A DNA stretch of 64,000 bases, from assembly GCA_951406725.2 (NCBI GenBank), contig OX597821.1, positions 76,136,001 to 76,200,000 of the forward strand. Reading direction: 5' to 3'. Below, piece by piece: positions 24,704 through 37,770 of this stretch (position 1 is the first letter of the stretch; every line of letters begins with the position of its first letter). The notes under the pieces were generated by a model that saw only the letters and a list, made by a program, of their open reading frames with translations, was not told the origin of the DNA and did no database searches. The position numbers and the translations under genes are program-made. Source of the DNA: Octopus vulgaris (taxonomy: Eukaryota).

Positions 24704-26019
24704 TATATATGCATGTTTTATATGTATTTTTTATATATGCATATGCATGTGTGTGTGTGTGTGTGTACAAATCCGTTCATGTGTGCCTATATGTGCATTT
24801 GTGTATAAATCTGTTTAGTGTCATTCCCTCCACTAATATTACATCATACACCTGACTATGAAAAATTGCCAAGTATACAAGTAGAACAAGGTGAGTGTTT
24901 AACGATTCAGCCTTCATTCGAATCGCATGCGTCTAATGAGTAATAACATCTGTTATATGTTATAATGTATGTGTCTAAGATATTACAATCAATATGCGTG
25001 TCATCTATATTATAATCAAATTATTTACTCAACAATACGTGTTGTGTACTCTGGTTTCTTTTATCGGGAAAAATTACAAAATTACGCGTCATATATGTAA
25101 CGGCATGTGTGTGTGTGTATGTGTGTATGTGTGTGTGTGTTGCGCATCTGTGAGTATATATACGTGTGTGTGTGAACAGATAAATAGATAGATAGATAGA
25201 TAAATAGACAGATAAATTGATTGATAGATAGATAGCTAGATAGATAGATAGATAAATAGAAAGATAAATAGATAGATACTTCCTGTTATCAACAGCTAAT
25301 TATTGTTTTTCTAAAGGATTACTGAATAAGCTATTAAGCAATCACCAATTTCCTTATCCATTTTCCCTTCTCCATGAGGTAGTGAGAGCTACTCTGAAAT
25401 TCTACCAATCAGCTACTACTCCCGTCTCATGAGTGGAATAGTTTATTTATTAGTGTTTTGGTGAATAAAAAAATTAGCAGCCGATAAGAGGAAAGTATAT
25501 TTACGCGCGTGCGTACGTCCGTGTGTGTGTGTTTGTGTGTGCTCTTTCTGTGTAGTAAGTACGTTGTTGCTGAACATTCCCTACCATCCTATAAAAAGAA
25601 TCGACTGTTCACCGACCATTACAAACCAACCGCTATCATTCCTGAGTAATGATGACAACCCGAGTGACGATGAAACTGCTTGCAAGCAAAAGATAAATTA
25701 ATTTCTTAAGTCGTTTTTATGGCAGATTTATGCAAATCATGGTAAGATAAAGGAAAACAATAACACCATCACAAATAAAACAAAACAAAACATAAAGTAA
25801 CAAACGATCTATGTTATGTCTTCCCTCTATCTCTCTCTTTCCCACCTTTTATCTTTATTAGTTTTCTTATGTTGTAGATTTTGTTTCATTATTGCTGTTA
25901 TTATTTTGCTTGTTTACAACGTTGTTGTTCTTGTTTTAAATGTTGCTGTTCAGTCTATGACTTGGAGTAAGTTGTGGCTTTCAGTGTCTAGTCAACGAAT
26001 AGGCGACACACAGTCATTG

Positions 26020-26087
26020 GCGCACGACACCAGCGCCATATTTTCAGTTGACGACTAAGAGAAACAACTCGCGTGGACATTGTGAGT
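26020..26087 (+). promoter_or_regulatory. Candidate promoter and non-coding first exon
   Basis: CpG-containing unique sequence with YY1-like GCGCCATATT (26034-26043), Inr-like TCAGTT (26044-26049) and a GTGAGT donor at 26082. Confidence 0.3.
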
Positions 26088-26712
26088 ATCACGTGCAATT
26101 CTCGTTAACGAAAACATCATTGTGAATAACAATAGCATGGTCTTCTCATTTGAATAAATATCTCTTATTATCTTATTGCATTGCAAGTCTCTTTCCTTCT
26201 TTCTCCACCTCGCAGTACTTTCCTTTATTTTTTTACTCCCGCTTCCCACTCTACAGCACCGGCTTTTTTTTTCGTTTTTTTTTTTTTTGCTAAATATTCT
26301 CAAGAGACGAAGTGGTAGATGAATAACTGGAATAGTGGGAATGCTGGATTTACAGTATTTAGTTATATTTCATTGGGTGCCGTGTTCGAACCCAGTCAGA
26401 CTTTGCCTTGCACCGATCAAAAATCGATAATTTGATTGATTCCGATGAAACATTAAAGTCGAGTCAATCGATTATATCCGATCACTTTATATTCGCAGCC
26501 CTGAGCATACCATTGTTTTGAAAGTGGAGTAGAAACCTGTAAAGTTCCACACAAAATCACGTTCATTAACTGGTTTAGTCTGTGAGAGATTTCGCCATTT
26601 GATCATCGCAACTGACAGAGACGGTCCCAATGAGGGGTGATTTTTTTTTGCGTGGTGGGGGCGAATTTAAAGAAATAGTATCTATCTCATTAATAGTTTG
26701 CAAGTTCCAATA

Positions 26713-27566
26713 TTCTTTTCTACTCTAGGCACATGGCCCGAAATTTTGGGAGAGGGGTGGGCAGTCGATTGGATCGACCCCAGTACGCAACTGGTACTTA
26801 ATTAATCGACTCCGAAAGAATGAAAGGCAAAGTCTACCTCGGCGGAATTTGAACTCAGAACTTAAAGACAGACGAAATACCGCTAAGCATGGGCGTATAA
26901 ATCCCGTTTACACGGGTTTCTTGTCAATATACAATGAAGGCTTATAATTCTTTTTATAAAATAAATAAATGAATATATAAATAATTCTTTCTACTAAAGG
27001 CACAGGGCCAGAAATTTGTGGGAAGAGGCCAGTCGATTACATCGACCCCAGTGTGTAACTGGTACTTAATTTATCGATCCCAAAATGATGAAAGGCAAAG
27101 TCGACCTTGGTGGAATTTCACCTCAGAACTTAAAGACAGACGAAATACCTATTTCTTTACTACCCACAAGGGGCTAAACACAGAGAGGACAAACAAGGAC
27201 AGACAAACGGATTAAGTTGATTATATCGACTCCAGTGCGTAACTGGTACTTATTTAAGCGACCCCAAAAGGATGATGGTCAAAGTCGACCTCGGTGGAAT
27301 TTGAACTCAGAACATAACGGCAGACAAAATACCTATTTCTTTACTACCCACAAGGGGCTACACACAGAGAGGACAAACAAGGACAGACAAACGGATTAAG
27401 TCGATTATATCGACCCCAGTGCGTAACTGGTACTTAATTTATCGACCCCGAAAGGATGAAAGGCAAAGTCGACCTTGGCGGAATTTGAACTCAGAACGTA
27501 ACGGCAGACGAAATACAGCTTCGCATTTCGCCCGGCGTTCTAACGTTTCTGCCAGCTCACCGCCTT
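26713..27566 (-). mobile_element. Family A SINEs: a single copy plus a multimeric copy with internal units of about 184 bp
   Basis: One head at about 27566 followed by repeated B-box/core/tail units (AAATACCTATTTC near 27143 and 27327). Confidence 0.85.
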
Positions 27567-28048
27567 AACTTCAATGTTAATATCCTATGTTATGGGAGAC
27601 AGAGTATGAAATTGCATTCAAAAACAGCCAGGGGAGATTCGTCGTTTCGTATCTCTTAATACCGTGCGGAAAATCAAGAATTTAACTCTCACTGCAGAAT
27701 GTAAATTAATTCTTAGGGGTAGAACGGTGCGCCGCTGAAAATAGAGACTTACTAATAAAAATGATGAGTGTTTTGCTACCTGCTCCAGTCGGGTTTGGTC
27801 CCACCGGGGAATAACTTAACTTATCATAAAAATGCTAATACGACCATTCTAGTTTTGACTTTATCCCTAGCGCTATCGAATCGACTTGAAAAGAAAAACG
27901 AAAAACATTCAGCCAAGGTTAATATAACAATAAAACGTACGAAAATTTATTCTGTCGATTAACAGTTTATCTTGGAGACGAGATATCTGTCGAGTGATTC
28001 CTTAGTTTTCTATTATGGTGCATTTCTTCTTGTTTCATATATATATAT

Positions 28049-28258
28049 ACTCTTTTACTCTTTTACACGTTTCAGTCATTTGACTGCAGCCATACTGTAG
28101 CAGCGCCTTAAGTCGAACAGATCCACTCCAAGGCTTATTCTTTGTAAGCCTAGTAATTATTCTATCGGTGTCTTATGCCGAACCGCTATATTTCGGGGAC
28201 GTAAACATACCAGCATCGCTTGTCAAGTAATGGTGGGAGAACAAACACAGACACAAAG

Positions 28259-28301
<43 letters not shown>

Positions 28302-28472
28302 CGAAGGGCTTCTTTCAGTTTCCCTCTGCCAATTCCACTCACAAGGCTTTGGTCGGCCCGAGTCTATAGTAGAAGACACTTGTCCAATGTGCCACGCAGT
28401 GGGACTGAACTCGGAACCATGTTGTTGGTAAGCAAGCTTCTTACCACATGTGTGTGTGTGTGCGCGCGCGCC

Positions 28473-28512
<40 letters not shown>

Positions 28513-28625
28513 CTTTTATGCTTGTTTCTCACCACTTGACAATCGGAGTTACTTTGTTTTCGTCCTAGTAACTTAGTAGTTCGACAAAGAGCGGTCCATA
28601 CAATAGTACTTGACTTAAAAGAAAT
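28049..28625. mobile_element. Family B SINE (minus) plus a partial plus-strand copy
   Basis: Consensus match at 28049-28448; partial 3' half at 28520-28625. Confidence 0.8.
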
Positions 28626-28966
28626 TCTTGGGAAAATTTGGGCGAATAAATTTTTCAAGGCGGTGTGTACCAGCAAGACTATAACCCTCTAAGGGAAACC
28701 TTCTGTTTCTTGTCTATTTACTTTCACATAGAGTTTATACTTTCACTGCTGTTAACACCACCGTTTGAATGGTACCACTCAGGTGTCAAAACTATAATGA
28801 CATCTGTTTGGAAGCTGATGATGGATGTATACATTTCACGAACTTCTTAGCTGTGAATCTTTTGTATCTTGTGCTCCTAAATTGTCATTCATTGAACTAA
28901 TTCTCATTAGACTGAAATTGATTAGGAGTTTTGTTACGGGGCATATGGAGGTTTTGTTCCCCACCC

Positions 28967-29023
<57 letters not shown>

Positions 29024-29266
29024 CGTAGTGTAATATATTATATGGACTCAGATTGCTTAGTAATTCAATATAGAAGAGTATGATGCAGAGTTCCAAGCAG
29101 CTGAAATCCAGACGACACAATTGTGTTGTATAGAGCAAAGATATAAACATAATTTATTACACACTGAAATTATTACATAAAGAAGGATGCAAAATGTCGT
29201 AATCCAAACATAAGTGGTTGAATAAATATATTCACCTTTCATAACTCCTGACTTTTTATAGTTTAT

Positions 29267-29935
29267 ATACAGCCTTGGCCATAAGTATTAGGCCACCCCA
29301 ATATTTTGGGGTTCTGCTATCTCAATGTTAATGAAACTCGTGTACATGGTAGATTATGGTATATTTCACAATATACTTTAGCGTTAATATCTGGCTGACC
29401 TTCCTTTAGCATCAGTCAACGCTTTTATACGGTTAGGCATGGAATCAGCAAGTGTTTTGCAGGTGCTAGGCGCAAATTTACTCCGTTCTCCTCTCAACAT
29501 TTGATACAAATGCTCTTTATTTTCAATTGTTGTGTTCCTGATAGCTTCGCCAAGAGTTCCCCATAGGTGTTCGATCGGATTTAGATCGGGACTTTGAGCT
29601 GGCCAGTCCATGGGAACAATTTTGTCTCAAACCATTGACGTGTATTCTTTGCTGTATGACATAGAGCGTTGTCCTGTTGAAAGATAACACTGTTTTTCGA
29701 CACTCCTGAATATAATTTAACAATTGATGGCTCTTTAACATCTGATAACACAGAAACATATGTAGCTGAATTTATCCTTCCCTGACATAAAAGCATTTCT
29801 CCGATTCCTGTGGCAGACATGCAGGACGACACCATGATATAGCCACCCCTATGTTTTACGGTTGATACCAGACATTCAGCCTTAAATGCTTCCCCAACTC
29901 TGCGACGCATGAAAGTTGCACCAGATGTACTGAAA
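29267..29935 (-). mobile_element. Tc1-family transposon 3' half, frameshifted
   Basis: TVKHRGGYIMV, FQQDNA and WPAQSPDLNPIEHLW (DD34E) motifs; TA-CAGCCTTGGCCATAAGTATT terminal repeat at about 29268. Confidence 0.88.
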
Positions 29936-32900
29936 ATCTGAGTAAAAACATGAAAAATTATATTTGGTTTATGGTGATGATAATGATGATGATGATGATG
30001 ATGACGATGGTGGTGGTGGTGGTGGTGGGTGATAGTAGCAGTAATATTAGCAAAAACCAACAATAAAAATTATGATGAATGATTAGATGATATATCAGAC
30101 TTTTTGGAAGTTTCAATTAGAACTCCACCAGACGAACACATTTGACATTACAGGCACAAACCAACCGTCCATAAACTAACCCACTCCACCCCAATCTCTT
30201 TGACCACAAGGCACATTGTTTTGCCAAGTACGTATTCGTATTTTACCAGACCACTACAAAACGGGTGCACAGAGCAGTGGTTAAAGTGTAGGAAGATATG
30301 AGGCAGTCACTAACTCGTTGCCTCTCGATCTCCGATGTGGCGTGACTCAATTGTGACCTCTCCAGTATTTGAACTCAGAGCGCTGCGAAGATTGAACGAG
30401 AAAACCTAAAAGCATTCATTGACTGTTATCGTTATTGTTTTGTTCCCAGCAAATGTTTTTTTTTTTTTGCATTTTTAACCTATAATGTTCCATGCATTGA
30501 ATATACTGACAACCAGTCACCGAACAGTGGGCAGCCTTTGTTTCAATGCATGACTAATCATAGTCACACAACTGCTTGATGCATTCACAGGGCATTCAAG
30601 TAATTAGTACCATTATCTAGAACGCTACTGGATCAACCAAATATCCCAGCATAATAAACGCAAGAAAGAATCCAGCTGATCCTCCTCTGTTTATCCTCAG
30701 AAGCAATTGTATCACCTGCCTTAATATTAAACATACCAGCTGGTTGAGTCGGTTGCGTATTGGGTCAGATGATTGCTGTATCGAGTCGGTAGCGGTGATT
30801 ATAAGGGCAAAACCCAGGAAGACTTTGCTATTCCAATTCAACTCTAGAGCAGAAAATTTTCAGGAATGTGTTTGTGTGCAAACAAAAAACATATAGCTAA
30901 GTGCAGGCTAATATGCCTAATGTAGTGGAACCAAAGGTTGCTTTAATCTATTCAAATCTCAACAAAAGTGAGAAAATTCAGTAGTAGTAATGACAATTCT
31001 GACCAAGGAAGATAAGGGAGGGAACACTGAAATTGATTTAAAATTTAATAGAGTGTTGCTGTGAAAATGAGCCTGATATTTGATGATTATGGTGATAATT
31101 TCCGACATATTTCGGTCTTATTAGGCATCCTGAGCGAAATATATTCTAATGGTGAAAACGCTTTGCTAAATTCATGCTCAATCCTTTGTGAGAAACTCAG
31201 ACTCGAAATAAATACATCGAGGCTTTAACGACTCAACTAGTCTGCTGCTTTATACATACATACATACATACATACATACATACATACATACATACATACA
31301 TCCGTGCATGCATCTGAAGTAAAATGCAAAATTTTCCCGGTCCAGTTCCCCAACACCAAATCAAACAAAAAGAGAAAAATACACCAAGAAATAATGTTTA
31401 GTTATCGTTAGCTTCTCGAAGCTCAAGTCACGCGTCAAGAAAACGCTGTGTGTGAGCATGGGTCGGGAGATGAGACAGAAACCTCAGTGCAACGCGAGGC
31501 ATGCTTCAACGTCTCTTGGTTACTTTTTATGATGTAAAGACATCAAAAATGGCTATTGTGCGCGTATGTGAGTGTATAAATGTATATAGAACGAAAGTAC
31601 AGACATGATAGGCTGAAACAATATGCTAATTTTTTTTCTAATAAAATTATTTCCTTTTAGGATTTTTGTTATTAAATTACTCACAATTCTTTGGATGTAA
31701 ATCATCAGAGTATAGTGTCAATCAATGGAGAGGCGAAAGGAACAAGCGGTCATATTTGGTCATACATAATACTCAAACTAGATTGACATATAAAGAGGTG
31801 AGCAAAGATAGATAGATAGATAGAAAAAGAAGATGACTAAAAATTCATTTGAAACCTTTCAGCCGACCAACGAAAAATCGGAAAATTATGGCTGAAAGTG
31901 ATCTGGTAAGGTTTTATCGTAAAGCTGGCATTTAATTACCTATATTTCATAAGCTCCTTTTCCCCAACAAATTGATCGTAATTTAAGTTTTAATGTATAA
32001 AAGGAAAGTGTAAAATAGATAGTTTTAAATATCGCCACGAGCGCAACCTATAACCAGTCAAATGGTGATGCGTTATTGAATTTAATAATGCACTTGAGAT
32101 GAGATTATTGCTTAACGTAAAAAACCATCAAAAGTTCAACAAATTAACACGTATACACAGCAGTATACTGTTGAATAAAAGAGGAAAAGGAATAATTTAA
32201 TGGTTGGAAGGTGGGTGGAATGCTTAAAACAGTGTTAAAATATTAAGTTGCAGAAATTTCACTGATGCGTCAATAAAATTAAATGAAACTACATCGAAAA
32301 TTGCAGTAAGAGTGAATTTTTCTCCCAATAAGAACAAAATGGACAACAATAATAAAATATAATTGAAAAAGTTGTGCATTAAGTAATAAATAAAAACGCC
32401 TCTTTAAAATCGAGACAGCCACTAATGCTTCAAATCTATGAAAAATTTCACAAAAATCATTCAAGTTAGGCCGACATTATAAACAGCGACGATTAACGTT
32501 GAACATTTGGCAAACGTGAAAAGAAAAAAAAAATGAAAGAAAATCATTATTAGAACATAAAATTTAGTGTTCACTTTATATTCAAAAGAATTTTGCAGGT
32601 TTTAACATAACTTCTGCCTATTTGAACTGCTGCCGTTTTGTTATGATCTAACTCTAATATGCTCATCACTAATGCCTTTTCTTTAAAACATGGAATATAA
32701 ATATAAACTCACTTCGCTTGTATTTTACTTTGAAATCCATGTCGATTATGACAGGCTTCGAAATCTGCACTCCATCAATGGCAATATTATCTACATTCAT
32801 CTCATCTCTCCAAACAAATATACGTTTGAAGATCAGCATGTTATCGGAATTTTTTTTTCTACACTTGTATTTCGTTATGATTTTAAAAATTATTTCTTAA

Positions 32901-33619
32901 ACAAACTTGGAACTTTAGCCGAGAAGCATTGTCTTGTCGAAAGAAACAATGAAGTCCTTATTGGGGTGACACGAATACAGTATAGATGTCTTAATTACTT
33001 TATAAAATTTTGATTGTTATTTTATTTGTTATTTCGATATCGGCCAACCTTCATATAACATATTTTATGCTCTAAGATATTCTTATCATTACTAGCCTGG
33101 CTATTGAAGCATATCTAGAGCGATGTCATCCGATATATCCTACAATGGTAGAGGCGGAAGAATGGGATACCAAGAATATTTCATTATTGTATCTAACAAA
33201 TTGAGTAATAGTTTTGAAACTCCTTCATTAGCTAATTGGTATCTTCATTTTGAAAGATTGGGAACAATAACTGCGGTTTTCATGCCATTTCAGCGTCGTA
33301 TCTTTAGGTCTATCTTCCTACACTGACCCCTCTCAAAGAAACCTTTCGCCTACATTAATGGTAAATTTCTCTTTTTTTTCTACACAACAAAGAATGCAGT
33401 TGATTAAATCGACTCCAATACACTACTGGTGCCTTTCTGACTGAACTTTGGAGGATTAGAAACAACTTTCAACATGGGTGGTATTTAAACTTACAACATA
33501 AAGAGAATGGTCTTTAAACTCCTTTAAAAACGATATTTCTGGCCAGTAGCTTATAATAAAACATAATAACAAGAGCACTTAAAAAGCTCAAACGTCCACC
33601 AAGGCAACACCAACTTGCT

Positions 33620-33860
33620 AATCTTTTTATTACTCACCAACGGGCGAACACAGAGGGGACAATATATTACATATGGGGACACAAAACAAGGGGAAAATAG
33701 GACAAAGTATGAGAAACATGAAATGACAAATACTGCAAAATGAACCCCGACCGCTCTCAAAAATTAAGTAAAAAAAGCGGAAAAATAATCCAGAATCCTT
33801 TTCCGGTACCTGATCGTCCCCAATGGTAGTCATAGAACGTGAAGGTGCGTGTGCGGGCCG
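33620..33860 (-). mobile_element. 3' end of a probable Tx1/L1-like LINE
   Basis: The minus strand is a T/C-rich 3' UTR ending TTGTCCCCTCTGTGTTCGCCCGTTGGTGAGTAATAAAAAGAT. The family assignment is inferred. Confidence 0.45.
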
Positions 33861-34082
33861 TGTTTGTAATGCTGTGTGTGTGTGTGTGTGTGTGTATCGT
33901 CTACAGTGGGAACAGAGACAGTTTTCTCAATGAAGGCCTTTTTGAGTCGATCCATTGATATAGGTATCTTTCCGACCGTTAAAGTCTATATTGAAAAATT
34001 TATCCTTGCGCAAAAAGAAACGGAACGGACCTGAATACGGTACTGTTAACGGAGTTTTAACAACATCGTTGTGTACAAAAAC

Positions 34083-34141
34083 ATGAATCCAAGAAGTAAA
34101 GCTTCCTTCGAAGCTGAGTTAGAAATGCAATTATCAAGCAG
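34083..34141 (+). CDS. Candidate first coding exon of an unidentified gene (MNPRSKASFEAELEMQLSS, phase 2)
   Basis: AAAAAC-ATG start context, upstream in-frame TAA at 34047, consensus CAG/GTAAGA donor at 34142, unique sequence. No downstream exon could be linked confidently. Confidence 0.3.
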
Positions 34142-34677
34142 GTAAGAAGTTTAAACAAGAGCGACATATTCATAATTGGCAAAACTAAATATTATCGAGG
34201 ATAAATTAAATTTATTATTGGTACTTAATGTGTTAGTGTTATTTAATTTCTGAACGGTTTTGCTGCCGTTTGTTTATATAGTTTGATTTCTTTATCCATA
34301 AGTTTCTACTAAGATACAGACGTGAGTAAAATTAATAATAGAGAAACGAAAATAAAACTTTGGAAACAGCAACGCCACCATAATTCACGTGGAAACCATA
34401 AGCGTGCTTTCAAGGGAGATAATCAGAAAAAGACTTGAAAGTGAACTTAAGATCGTAATATTTCATGTAAAGTAAATATAGTAAATAATCAAGAATTCTT
34501 GTCCGGTGCCCGATCGATGCCAAAATTTAGTCAGTTCGTGCCAGTCATAAGAACAAACATCCCTGAAAGTTTCATCCGAATCCATCCGTCTTGAGTTATC
34601 TTCCCCACGGACAAACAAACACGACTGAAAACAATACCTCCGCCTTCGCTAATGTGGGTGTAATAATAATAATAATG

Positions 34678-34731
<54 letters not shown>

Positions 34732-34905
34732 GTTTCAAATTTTGGCACAAGGGCAGCGATTTCATCTACCGCAATGCTCAAATGGTATTTATTTTATCGA
34801 CTCCGAAAGAATGAAAGGCGAAGTCAACCTCGGCGGAATTTGTAGACAGACGAAATGCCGCTAAGTATTTTATCCTACGCGCTAACGCCTGTGTCAGGTC
34901 ACCTC

Positions 34906-34956
<51 letters not shown>

Positions 34957-34978
34957 CAGCAATAACAACAACAACAAC

Positions 34979-35043
<65 letters not shown>

Positions 35044-35054
35044 GCTTAGATTGA

Positions 35055-35573
35055 TTCTGATCTTAACTAATTGGAAGTGTTATCATATACACTGTTTTGT
35101 CTTTGTATAAAAGCTGTGCTACAACAAATATTCTGCTCAATACCTCAGAATTGCTTGTCAGTTGCTTGACTGTAACCAGTTAGGCATGACCCTTAATGGC
35201 TGACGATATGTGCATCTCTGATCACGAGCAGAAGTAGTGAGAGAGCATCATTGCCATGTGTTGAGAAGAATTCTTTGGGTTTGAATAATTCACCTCTGAA
35301 AACAGGGGTGTTTTGTTCATCATCTTCAAACAACCTTTATTCAGAGACCTTTTGAGCCGGATGGGCTACTCGACTTGAAGACAATTTTAACTGCACCCCC
35401 GCCCCGCAAGGTCTTGCACTGTTCATCTTGATATAAGGTCACCATGTTGCGTACTTATGCCTGTGATTCATGTTCCTGGTGTATCTTTATCAGACAGGTA
35501 GTTAGGATGGATATACTGGGCTTCGTATATTTGTAACCTAGTGTCACTCCGATGGCATGCAGTGTTCTCTCAC
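35055..35573 (+). mobile_element. (AAT)n-tailed non-LTR retroelement 3' region, older copy
   Basis: Diverged match to 20451-20997 between AAT arrays. Confidence 0.75.
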
Positions 35574-35650
<77 letters not shown>

Positions 35651-36772
35651 TTTTGCCGTAACATTTATAATAATAATAACGAACCATAGATTTAATGATA
35701 GGCTATAATGGTATCTATGTTTGTTTTTGGTGGTGGCGGTGGTTGACGTGTAGTAAGGATAAACTATCAGTTTTACATATAAATTCTAACGAATCGTTTA
35801 TTCCACACTAGTATTTCAATGTTCCACTCAGAGTATATACCCACTTCCTACTCCAGCAAGCTGCGGAGAAGCATAACTAATCGAAGACATGGTCAGAGAT
35901 ATCTGCCGTGCAAAGCGGGAAAATAACAAAGATAATATTAATCGTTAAATGATTCATAAAATGATGAGTAGAGATTTCTGGTAATAATCGCCTTCATAAA
36001 ACAGATAATAGGTTATCCTGGTGCATCCCATTACAGGCGAACTCTTAGAATCCTACAGTAATTCTAGTGTAATAGATTATGCAGACATTCGTCACTGGTG
36101 CTCGGTTTCGATTTCTTCAGTCGTTGACGTTATTCTCATACATCTTTGTTCGAAATTTCTGCTTCAATTTATTATTTTGTCCAATGTCTACGGGAGATCA
36201 TTTTTTAAAGTAAATTTCATTCTATGAACTAAAAATACGATTTTAAAAAGTATGGTGTAATAAACGTAATTGCATTCCGACATTGTTAGACATATTCGCA
36301 TTCAAAGACATAAAGTGAAAACTACAAGAGTTCAAAACAAAAGAAAAGTCCATAGTAAATTTAGTAAGAAAATATAAGTAGATAACATCGAATATTTCAA
36401 GTTCTTTGCCAATTCCTTGTTAAATAACAAATCTTGTGAGTTATATTAACATCTGTTGCTCTCTTTGCCTGACAGGATAAAAAGGTTAAGATATTTACTA
36501 GTGACTGCCATTGTTCAATTTAAACATATTTTCCAATCACATATAACCAATCAAACTAGTAACAAAAATTCAAGCAAACTATCGTAGTTTAGTGTCTCGC
36601 TCTTTGCTGTGGCTGATTACGTCGACCTTTAACAAGAAACTCCGGTTATGCTTCTTACCAAACTACCACACTCTCTTGACCAGTCTTGTCTTTCAATTTG
36701 TGTTCATGCCTCAATTAGTTGTTGCATAAGTTAGCTGGTGTACAACCATCCATCTTGTATCAAACAAACCAA

Positions 36773-37146
36773 GGCGGCGAGCTGGCAGAAACGTTCGCAC
36801 GCCGGGTGGAATGCGTAGCCGTATTTCGCCTGCCGCTACGTTCTGAGTTCAAATTCCGCCGAGGTCGACTTTGCCTTTCATCCTTTCGGGGTCGATTAAA
36901 ATAAGTATCAGTTACGCACTGAGGTCAATGTAATCGACTTAATCCGTTTGTCTGTCCTTGTTTGTCCTCTCTGTGTGTAGCTCCTTGTGGGCAATAAAGA
37001 AATAGGTATCTCGTATGCCGCTACGTTCTGAGTTCAAATTCCGCCGAGGTCAACTTTACCTTTCATCCTTTCGGGGCCGATAAATTGCGTACCAGTTGTG
37101 TACTGGGTTCGATCTAATCGGGCCTTGTGCCTAGAGCAGAAAAGAT
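36773..37146 (+). mobile_element. Family A SINE, dimeric
   Basis: Head plus two B-box/core units. Confidence 0.85.
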
Positions 37147-37748
37147 TAAGTAATTAAACCTATAGACTCACCTGCTAGATGCTAACGTATCTCACTATGA
37201 AGATGCTCATGATATTTCTGCTCACCTTTTAAGTAATTTTTCTGTATGCTTCACTTATTCCAGGTACCGAATCTTCGGGATCAAACAAACGTGACTTCAT
37301 AGTATTTAAGTAAGATAACTTGTTTAGGCAAAATGTTTACTAACTTAGATATAATTTTAATAGTATATAGTGCAATATAGGAGCCAAATAATGCCCCTCG
37401 CAAATATATTATATTAGCCGTTTGCATGTGAAAGGCAGGGTGTGATGGGTTGAAAAACCAGAAGTGAAGAGAAACAGAAACATCAACTTTTTTTTTTTTT
37501 TTTAAGTTCTAAATCTGGAAATTTTAGGAAAACTCTTATAAATATGGAACTAAAATTGAATCCATAAATTACTAAATTTACAACCTCTGTTAATTAGTAC
37601 TTGTATATTTAATTAAATAAGAAGTAGGAGTCGATATTTGCTTTACTTCAATATATGGCCACATTTATTCACAAAATATCTCTCAAGAAATAGTTTGTTT
37701 CCTTAAATCGATTTCAATTTTCTTTGAAATGTAAAATGACTTCCAAAG

Positions 37749-37770
37749 CACTGGCGCCATCTGTTGACCT
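37749..37770 (-). promoter_or_regulatory. Candidate CTCF site
   Basis: Minus strand GGTCAACAGATGGCGCCAGTG resembles the CCASYAGRKGGCRS consensus and sits in otherwise very AT-rich unique DNA. Confidence 0.4.

Noticed and set aside
25373-25431. let-7-like TGAGGTAGT with partial hairpin
   Set aside because: The match ends after 9 nt, and the fold has large bulges and a 20-nt loop, unlike a pre-miRNA.
9580-25740. Recurrent ATGCAAAT octamers (about 9582, 22306, 25730)
   Set aside because: A handful are expected by chance in 64 kb at this AT content.
26985-27566. Regularly spaced repeats suggesting a CRISPR array
   Set aside because: These are SINE multimers in eukaryotic DNA, with no unique spacers or cas genes.
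30617-30841. 74-aa hydrophobic ORF resembling a secreted or membrane peptide
   Set aside because: Starts at TTG rather than ATG, with no recognisable family and no convincing splice sites. The region may still be conserved non-coding DNA.
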